From: a virus
Direction: 5' to 3' (one strand)
Length of the DNA stretch: 50,190 bases
UHGV virus genome: UHGV-0011768
The notes under the pieces are model-generated. The model saw only the letters and a list, made by a program, of their open reading frames with translations, made no database searches and had not been told where the DNA came from. The translations under genes were made by a program, and so were the position numbers. This document shows positions 44,284-50,190 of this stretch, one piece after another (the stretch's first letter is position 1; each line of letters begins with the position of its first letter).

Positions 44284-44625
44284 ATGCAGGAAATACCGTT
44301 GCGCGCCACGGGCAACCAGACGCTCCAGGTGGTGCTGGAGGGCCAGAACTGTTCCTTGCGCCTCTATACCCGCAGTTTGTCGGATGGCGTGGAGACGCTG
44401 TTTTGTGACCTGAGCATCGACCAGGATCCCGTATTTTACGGCTGCCCGTGCCTCGACGGCCTGCCCATGCCGCTCTATGCGTGGCTGGGCATGACCGGGC
44501 AGCTCGTTTTTATCGACATGGAGGGCGACGAGGCCCCGCACTGGTCCGGGCTCGGGAGCCGCTGGAAGTTGCTCTACATGAGCCCGGCCGAGGCCGACGC
44601 CTACCGCGAAGGGACGATACTGTGA
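44284..44625 (+). CDS. Hypothetical small baseplate protein
   Basis: 113 aa, GTGA coupling to hub gene. Confidence 0.4.
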   Translation: MQEIPLRATGNQTLQVVLEGQNCSLRLYTRSLSDGVETLFCDLSIDQDPVFYGCPCLDGLPMPLYAWLGMTGQLVFIDMEGDEAPHWSGLGSRWKLLYMSPAEADAYREGTIL

Positions 44626-45533
44626 GCAGTTTTACCAAAAAAATGCTGGAGGCCCGCATCACACTGGCCGAGGGCGGGTTCAACCCCGGAACGGGAGAAG
44701 CCGCCAACACCAAGGTGGTGCGCCTGGGCATGGACGCCGAGATCAGCAAGCCGGGCGGCAAGGAAAAGCCCAAGTGTACGCTGAAGATCTTCAACCTGCC
44801 CCTGGACGACATGCAAGTGTTGACCACGCTGGCCTTCGACCCGCTGGCGGTCAAAAAAAACCGCCTCACGCTCATGGCCGGCGATGCCGACGGCATGACG
44901 CAGGCCTTCGTGGGCGACATCACCAGCGCGGTTCCCCGATTCAGCGCCGATGCTTCCAGCGTGTTCGAGGTCACGGCCATCACCGGCTATGTGGCGAGCG
45001 TGACCCCGGCCAAAACGCTGACGGCGGCCGGTGCGCAGGACGTGGCCACGCTGTTGCAGGGGCTCGCAAAGCAGATGGGATTTGCCTTTGTCAATCGCGG
45101 TGTGTCCGTGACGGTGCGCAACATCGCCCTCATGGGCGGTCCTATGGAGCAGGCCCGACAGCTGGCGGACGAGGCCCGCATCGACCTGATCCTGGACGAT
45201 GGGGAGATGATCGCCGCCCCGCGCGGCAAACTGCGCCAGGATGACGCCCAGGGCAGCACGCCGGTGCTCAAGGACAGGACGGGCCTGATCGGCTTCCCCG
45301 GATTCGACGCCAAGGGCGTGGTGGGGCGCTGTCTGTATGAGCCGCGCCTCATGCTGGGCGGCCCGGTGCGCATCGAGAGCATGGTCCCCAAGGCAAGCGG
45401 CCTGTGGCGCGTCACCAGCCTGAGCCATAAACTGCAAGCCAATTACGCGGGGGCATCGGCCTGGGAGACCAGTTTCAACGCGACGTATCCCAACCAGCAA
45501 AAGGGCGACGCCAAGAAGGACGCCAAAAAGTGA
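44622..45533 (+). CDS. Baseplate hub protein (P2 gpD / Mu gpP-like)
   Basis: 303 aa. Position upstream of gpV-like spike. Assignment from size and order. Confidence 0.45.
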   Translation: MSSFTKKMLEARITLAEGGFNPGTGEAANTKVVRLGMDAEISKPGGKEKPKCTLKIFNLPLDDMQVLTTLAFDPLAVKKNRLTLMAGDADGMTQAFVGDITSAVPRFSADASSVFEVTAITGYVASVTPAKTLTAAGAQDVATLLQGLAKQMGFAFVNRGVSVTVRNIALMGGPMEQARQLADEARIDLILDDGEMIAAPRGKLRQDDAQGSTPVLKDRTGLIGFPGFDAKGVVGRCLYEPRLMLGGPVRIESMVPKASGLWRVTSLSHKLQANYAGASAWETSFNATYPNQQKGDAKKDAKK

Positions 45534-46276
45534 GCGAGATCAAGGGGCAACAGGATTTCACCACCGGGGCCAGCGGCTACAACGCCCAGGAGTTCCAGAT
45601 CCAGCAGGCCCTGCGCAGGATCAACACGGCCGAGCCCGTGCGCGTGGTCAGCGTGCAGCCCGGCGCCGTGGGGCCGGTGGGCATGGTGAGCGTGCAGCCC
45701 CTGGTCAACCTGGTGACGGGAGCGGGCGATGGCATGGCACAGAGCGAGCTTTTTCAGCTCCCCTACCTGCGTATCCAGGGCGGCGAGAACGCCGTCATCG
45801 TGGACCCTAAGCCGGGCGACATGGGGCTCGCCGTCTACGCCATGCGCGACACCGAGGGCGTCAAGGCCAATCGCGACGGCAAGCCGGCCAACCCGGGCAG
45901 CGCCCGCACCTACAGCAAGGGGGACGGCTTCTACCTGGGTGGATTCCTCAACGGGACCCCGCAGCGCTACGTCATGGTGGACGATACGGGCATCACCCTG
46001 GATGACGGTCAGGGCGGCAAACTGGAGCTCAAGGGCGGCAAGCTGACCATCACGGCCCCGGCGGGCATCGAGAGCACGTCGCCCACCGAGGTGCACCACA
46101 CCCCGGCCCTTGTTTTTGGGGACGGGGAAGGCTCTACGGCCACCATGCATGCCGATTTGAGCATCAACGGCAGCGTTGAGAGCACGGGCGACCAGGTGGC
46201 CGGCGGCATCAGCCAGACAGGGCACACGCATACCGGTGTGCAGACCGGCAGCGGCAGCACCGGCAAACCGCAGTAG
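45530..46276 (+). CDS. Baseplate assembly protein V-like (spike/needle base)
   Basis: VRVVSVQPGAVGPVGMVSVQPLVN...PKPGDMGLAVY... resembles Phage_base_V/gp45 family. Confidence 0.6.
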   Translation: MSEIKGQQDFTTGASGYNAQEFQIQQALRRINTAEPVRVVSVQPGAVGPVGMVSVQPLVNLVTGAGDGMAQSELFQLPYLRIQGGENAVIVDPKPGDMGLAVYAMRDTEGVKANRDGKPANPGSARTYSKGDGFYLGGFLNGTPQRYVMVDDTGITLDDGQGGKLELKGGKLTITAPAGIESTSPTEVHHTPALVFGDGEGSTATMHADLSINGSVESTGDQVAGGISQTGHTHTGVQTGSGSTGKPQ

Positions 46277-46286
46277 GAGGCGGATC

Positions 46287-46634
46287 ATGGACAGCCTGGC
46301 ACTCTCCGGGGTCTGGGACCTCACGTTGACGCCCGGCGGCAACCTGGCCGTCGTGAGCGGTCCGGAGCGCATCGCGCAGGACGTGGCCTGCTATGAGCGC
46401 ACATTTTACGGCGAGCCCTGGTACGCCGCCGGGGACGGCGTTCCGTATCTCGTGAATGAGCTGGGCAGCCTGCCGCCCGCGGAACTGGTGCGGGAGCGGG
46501 CCGTGCGCCGGGCCATGCAGGTGCCGGGCGTGGCCGCCGCCACGGTGGAGCTGACGGAATTTGCCGCGCGCACCCTGCACGGACGCATCCGCGTGACCAC
46601 GGACGAAGGGGAAGACCTCAATGTCGCAGTCTAG
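46287..46634 (+). CDS. gp25/GPW-like baseplate wedge protein
   Basis: 115 aa between V-like and J-like genes (LTPGGNLAVVSGPERIAQDVA...). Confidence 0.55.
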   Translation: MDSLALSGVWDLTLTPGGNLAVVSGPERIAQDVACYERTFYGEPWYAAGDGVPYLVNELGSLPPAELVRERAVRRAMQVPGVAAATVELTEFAARTLHGRIRVTTDEGEDLNVAV

Positions 46635-47865
46635 CATCGAATATACGGATCTGGGGCCTGTGGCGCCCGACAGCGCCGACGTTCTCCAGGCGCAGCAGGA
46701 CATATGGCAGGCCGCGTTCGACAACAAGCTGAACCCGGACCCGGCCACGCCGCAGGGGCAGCTCATGGCCAGCCTGGCCGCCATCGTGCAGGACAAGGAC
46801 AGCCAGATGCTGTTCCTGGCGAATATGTTCAACCCTTCCACGTCGCGGGGCGTATACCAGGACGCCATCGCGGCCATCTATTTCATCACGCGCCAGACGG
46901 CCCAGGCTACCACCGTACAGGTGGTGTGCACGGGTCTGCCCGGGACGGTCATCGAGGGGCAGGACACCAGCGTGGCCCCGGCGCGGGTGAGGACGGCGGA
47001 CGGCACGGTGCTGGTCTGCCGGATGGGCGGCACCATCCCCGCCGGAGGCTCCATCACGCTGCCGTTCGCGGCACAGGAGCCCGGTCCTGTTGTGATAGAG
47101 GCCCACGCCGTCACCACCATCGTGCAGGCCCAGCCGGGATGGGACACCGTGGACAACCCCGATCCGGGCGTCACAGGCCGCAGTACGGAAGGCCGTCAGG
47201 CGTTCGAGACGCGCCGCCGCCAGTCCGTGGCCCTCAACTCGCGGTCCATGCTCTCCAGCGTCTATGCCCGTGTGGGTAACCTGTCGGGCGTCATCGACCT
47301 GCTGGCGCGCCAGAACCGCACCGACGCGCCTGTGGAAGACAACGGCGTCACATTGGCCCCGCATTCCATCTATATCGCCGTGCTGGGCGGTGCTGACGCC
47401 GAGATCGCCGAGGCCATCTACAACAGCGTGTCCGGGGGCTGCGATTACAACGGCGACACAAGCGTGGAGTACACGGACCCCGTGACCGGCGCGGTGGAGA
47501 CCATTTTTTTTGAGCGCCCGGAGGGGTACGCCTTCGCCATCGAGGTCACTGTGCAGGCCAATGCCAGCACGCCGTCAAATATCGTGGAACTGGTGCAGGC
47601 CAATATCCTGGCCGATTTCTACGGGCAGCAGTACCCCAATGCCGGCAGCGGCACGACACACGATACCACACCCACGCGTGTGGGGATCGGTGCGACGGTC
47701 TACGCCAGCCGCTTTTTCTGCCCGGCCATCAGCGCCGGGGCCACCCAGCTGGTGGGCGTGCAGATCGGGCCGGAAGGCGGCCCGCTGGGCAATGTGGTGC
47801 AGCTGACGAACGCCCAGTATCCCAGCCTGACGGCGGACAACATCACCGTCACCGTGCAGGAGTAA
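46621..47865 (+). CDS. Baseplate J-like protein
   Basis: 414 aa, order V-W-J typical of Mu/P2/PBSX baseplates. Confidence 0.6.
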   Translation: MSQSSIEYTDLGPVAPDSADVLQAQQDIWQAAFDNKLNPDPATPQGQLMASLAAIVQDKDSQMLFLANMFNPSTSRGVYQDAIAAIYFITRQTAQATTVQVVCTGLPGTVIEGQDTSVAPARVRTADGTVLVCRMGGTIPAGGSITLPFAAQEPGPVVIEAHAVTTIVQAQPGWDTVDNPDPGVTGRSTEGRQAFETRRRQSVALNSRSMLSSVYARVGNLSGVIDLLARQNRTDAPVEDNGVTLAPHSIYIAVLGGADAEIAEAIYNSVSGGCDYNGDTSVEYTDPVTGAVETIFFERPEGYAFAIEVTVQANASTPSNIVELVQANILADFYGQQYPNAGSGTTHDTTPTRVGIGATVYASRFFCPAISAGATQLVGVQIGPEGGPLGNVVQLTNAQYPSLTADNITVTVQE

Positions 47866-47868
47866 GCC

Positions 47869-48645
47869 ATGCCGATCGTTTTTTCCTATCAGCCCGCCAG
47901 CGGCCCGCTCTCCGGTGCCAGTTTTGAGGCTCAGACCGTGGCTTTTTTCGAGGCGTTGCAGGCCGAGTTTCAGGGGAAGTTGTCGTCCGTCTCCGCACAG
48001 CTGACCCAGCTCCAGCAGTCCGTGACCGCCCTGACCGCCACGACCCAGGCCAATGCGGCCGCCATTGCGGCATTGCAGCAGCGTTGCGCCACCATTGAGG
48101 CCGACGTGGCCGCCAACACCACTGAGCTGGGCCAGCAGGGACAGCAGATCAGTGATCTGAGCAGCACGCTGTCCAGTGTGTCCGGCCGTGTGGGGACCGT
48201 GGAAAGCGCCGTGGGGGCGCTCCAGACCGTGACCAGCCAACAGGGTGCCTCCATTAGCACCCTGCAAACGGACGTGCAGGGCCTGCAGAGCACCACCAGC
48301 AGCCAGGGCAGTAGTATCACCAGCCTGCAGGGCAGCCTCTCCACGCTCCAGGGTACGGTCTCCAGCCAGGGCACCACCATCTCCGGCCTGACCTCTGACG
48401 TGGACACCCTGCAAACGGACGTGCAGGGCCTGCAGAGCACCACCAGCAGCCAGGGCAGTAGTATCACCAGCCTGCAGGAGCAGGTCACGGCCCTGGAGCA
48501 AGGGGGCAGTGTGCCCGCCGGGCTGATCGCCCTCTATGACGGAACGACGCCACCGTCCGGCTACAAGGCCTGCGATGGCAGTAACGGTACTCCTGACCTG
48601 GCCGGATTTGTCGCGTCCCCTTTGACCTATATCAGTAAGGACTAG
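47869..48645 (+). CDS. Coiled-coil fibre-like protein with C-terminal phage tail-collar domain
   Basis: Ser/Thr/Gln-rich heptad repeats with a duplicated 73-bp segment. C-terminus GLIALYDGTTPPSGYKACDGSNGTPDLAGF matches the Collar domain signature (P.GW..CdG... LPDLRG). Confidence 0.55.
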   Translation: MPIVFSYQPASGPLSGASFEAQTVAFFEALQAEFQGKLSSVSAQLTQLQQSVTALTATTQANAAAIAALQQRCATIEADVAANTTELGQQGQQISDLSSTLSSVSGRVGTVESAVGALQTVTSQQGASISTLQTDVQGLQSTTSSQGSSITSLQGSLSTLQGTVSSQGTTISGLTSDVDTLQTDVQGLQSTTSSQGSSITSLQEQVTALEQGGSVPAGLIALYDGTTPPSGYKACDGSNGTPDLAGFVASPLTYISKD

Positions 48646-48654
48646 GGGGGCGGC

Positions 48655-49380
48655 ATGGCTATCCGCTGGAATATCATTGATTTTCGGGCGGCAGGCGATA
48701 TTCGGGAGCTGCCGGATATCCGCCGGGGGCAGCTCTGGCCGTCCACGGTCATCTCTCAGTACGACAATTCCCCCCGTCTGTGCGCGTTGCTGGCTGGTCT
48801 GGAAGGTCAGATAGATCCTTTTTGGGACATCCAGGAATTTTTGACGGAGGTCTTCGATCCGCGCACGGCCGTGGGCTGGGGCCTGGACTGCTGGGGCCAG
48901 ATTGTGGGCATCAGCCGCGACATCCAGCTGGCTGGCACCAACACGGCGTTCGGCTTTGACGGCTCCGGTCTGGAGCCCTTCGACCAGGCGCCGTTCTGGA
49001 GCTCGGACGCCACGTCCTACTACCGCCTGACGGACGAGGCCTACCGGCAGCTGATCTTCCTCAAGGCCGCCATCAATATCAGTGACGGGACGCTGGCCAG
49101 CCTCAACCGCATCATGTATACGATGTACGGCTCCCGCGGCACGGTCTGCGTGATCCATGTGGGCACCATGCGCATCCGGTTTTTCTTCGACTTCTATCTA
49201 CAGCCGTTCGAGCGTGCGCTGATCGCTCGTGATGACGTGCCGCCCAAGCCCGCGGGCGTGGGCTTCGATCTGTACGAGGTCAACCGCGCCGAGACGTTCG
49301 GCTTTGACGGCTCTAGCCTGCAACCCTTTGACCAGGGCAATTTCGCCCCCGGAGGACCGCAAGATGCCTATTCCCTCTAG
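48655..49380 (+). CDS. Baseplate/tail-fibre-associated protein (DUF2612-like)
   Basis: 241 aa. Internal duplicated (F/A)GFDGSxL(E/Q)PFDQ motifs. Precedes tail fibre. Confidence 0.4.
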   Translation: MAIRWNIIDFRAAGDIRELPDIRRGQLWPSTVISQYDNSPRLCALLAGLEGQIDPFWDIQEFLTEVFDPRTAVGWGLDCWGQIVGISRDIQLAGTNTAFGFDGSGLEPFDQAPFWSSDATSYYRLTDEAYRQLIFLKAAINISDGTLASLNRIMYTMYGSRGTVCVIHVGTMRIRFFFDFYLQPFERALIARDDVPPKPAGVGFDLYEVNRAETFGFDGSSLQPFDQGNFAPGGPQDAYSL

Positions 49381-50190
49381 CCCGGACCTGCTCACCAATG
49401 TGCTGGGGTACGCGGCTGACCTTAATTCCATACCGGCCACGACGCCCAGCGGCAGCGGGGCTTTCTCGTATCAGGCCGGGTTCCCGGCCATTACCGGGTT
49501 CCCCCTGACGGCAGGGGGGATAGCCCCCTCGCGCCAGGACTTTAACGGCGTTTTTAACCTGATCGGGCAGCATCTGTTCTTTCTGCAGTCCGGCAGCCTC
49601 TACCCGTGGAGCGCGTCTCTTGACTATCTGGTGGGGGCCCACGTCCTGGGCAGTGACGGCAAGGAATACATCGCCCAGAAAAGCAGCGGGCCAGACGTGC
49701 CCAGCGCCCCAGCGGTCAATCCCGTGGGGGACGAGTCCGGCACCTGGCTGGCGGCTACTCTGGCGTATGGCGCGCCTCTGGCCACGTCGTCCTCCCCGGG
49801 GCTTATGCAGCCTGACGGCATCACGACGTTTGTGAACTCCTCCGGCGTCCTTTCCACCACCCTGGACCCTACTTGGATCGGGGTGCCCCGCTACTGGCGC
49901 AGCACGACGCTCCCCCCGAACCATTGCTGGGCAAATGGGGATTTTGTGGAGTTCGCGGACTGGCCTGAGCTGCACGCAGTGTACGAGGCGGGCGGCCTGG
50001 AAGGCATGCTTCTGGGCTGGGATGCTACGGAAGAAGAGCAAGCCGCCAACCTGGGCAAATGGCGGCCCGATTCATCTATCCCTACGGGATTGTACACACC
50101 TGCCCTGAGCGGACAGTTTTTCCGAAATTGGGCGCCGGGCAGTAAAGGTGATCCTGGGAACTGGTATAGCGATAACATCAGGGCTCACAT
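49364..50190 (+). CDS. Tail fibre protein, N-terminal/constant part; runs off the window end through the inverted repeat
   Basis: ATG 49364 with GGAGG 8 nt upstream. Open in frame to the last base, reading ...GDPGNWYSDNIRAH across 50114-50190. Confidence 0.65.
   Translation, partial: MPIPSSPDLLTNVLGYAADLNSIPATTPSGSGAFSYQAGFPAITGFPLTAGGIAPSRQDFNGVFNLIGQHLFFLQSGSLYPWSASLDYLVGAHVLGSDGKEYIAQKSSGPDVPSAPAVNPVGDESGTWLAATLAYGAPLATSSSPGLMQPDGITTFVNSSGVLSTTLDPTWIGVPRYWRSTTLPPNHCWANGDFVEFADWPELHAVYEAGGLEGMLLGWDATEEEQAANLGKWRPDSSIPTGLYTPALSGQFFRNWAPGSKGDPGNWYSDNIRAH

Noticed and set aside
47575-49158. 527-aa minus-strand ORF
   Set aside because: Antisense to the baseplate J and fibre genes; junk-like composition.
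1-50190. Terminal inverted repeats as hairpin telomeres of an N15-like linear plasmid prophage
   Set aside because: No protelomerase-sized tyrosine recombinase is present. The repeat lies inside the tail-fibre coding sequence rather than next to a telN-like gene. Gene order is circular-lambda-like, with attP/int adjacent to tfa.
1-50190. CRISPR arrays, diversity-generating retroelement, or serine invertase (Gin/Hin-like) inside the window
   Set aside because: No spaced short direct-repeat arrays, no reverse-transcriptase motifs and no YxRVS...Q serine-recombinase N-terminus found in any frame I inspected. The invertase, if any, must lie outside the window.

Overview
The window reads as one almost complete temperate phage genome of about 50 kb (roughly 60 % GC, GGAGG-type ribosome-binding sites). 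It has a lambda-like regulatory and early layout and a contractile tail with a Mu/PBSX-like baseplate. It is laid out as a circular permutation, which points to a circular or excised phage form rather than an integrated prophage with flanks.

Gene order, left to right:
- Tail-fibre assembly chaperone (120..695), a terminator, then a putative attP with TGGGCACAT arm-type repeats.
- On the minus strand: integrase and an AlpA-like excisionase, followed by a leftward early operon.
- That operon carries two Lar-like Zn-ribbon proteins, two ead/Ea22-like proteins, a dUTPase, a Bro-N protein, small hypotheticals, an SSB-like protein plus Sak4-type ATPase pair, and a membrane protein.
- tRNA-Ala(UGC) and tRNA-Pro(UGG) sit in the leader of a PL-like promoter, and a putative OL operator lies at about 12.0 kb.
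- An orphan N6/N4 DNA methyltransferase follows, then a LexA/CI-type repressor (13512..14270).
- Transcribed divergently from CI, across a 13-bp inverted-repeat operator (OR), is Cro (14345..14572).
- On the plus strand come Rha and Ant (Bro-N/KilA-C) antirepressor-like proteins, RHH and HTH regulators, a replication initiator, a T7 gp4-like primase-helicase and RusA.
- Further along the plus strand: a three-gene minus-strand cargo cassette driven by a consensus sigma70 promoter, a SAR endolysin with two membrane lysis proteins, a wHTH protein, TerS (P27 type), TerL and portal.
- The Mu-F-like minor head protein is interrupted by a 322-aa intein with a degenerate LAGLIDADG motif.
- Then a DUF2213-like scaffold, a decoration or fibre protein, the major capsid protein, and a 3.7-kb minus-strand cargo island.
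- The island holds a second Bro-N paralog, a secreted endonuclease I, a Zn-ribbon membrane protein and an HsdR-N-like PD-(D/E)xK protein.
- Last come head-tail joining proteins, sheath, tube, a tail chaperone with a T-TTT-TTC -1 frameshift site, the tape-measure protein, baseplate proteins (hub, gpV, gp25, J), a collar-domain fibre protein and a tail-fibre gene that runs off the window end.

The most notable feature is that the two ends of the window are perfect inverted repeats of at least 77 bp (1..77 and 50114..50190). One copy lies inside the tail-fibre ORF and the other just upstream of tfa. This is the signature of an unresolved invertible or alternative tail-fibre C-terminal (host-range) segment lying between the window ends.

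No rRNA, CRISPR array, reverse transcriptase or serine invertase was seen in the window.
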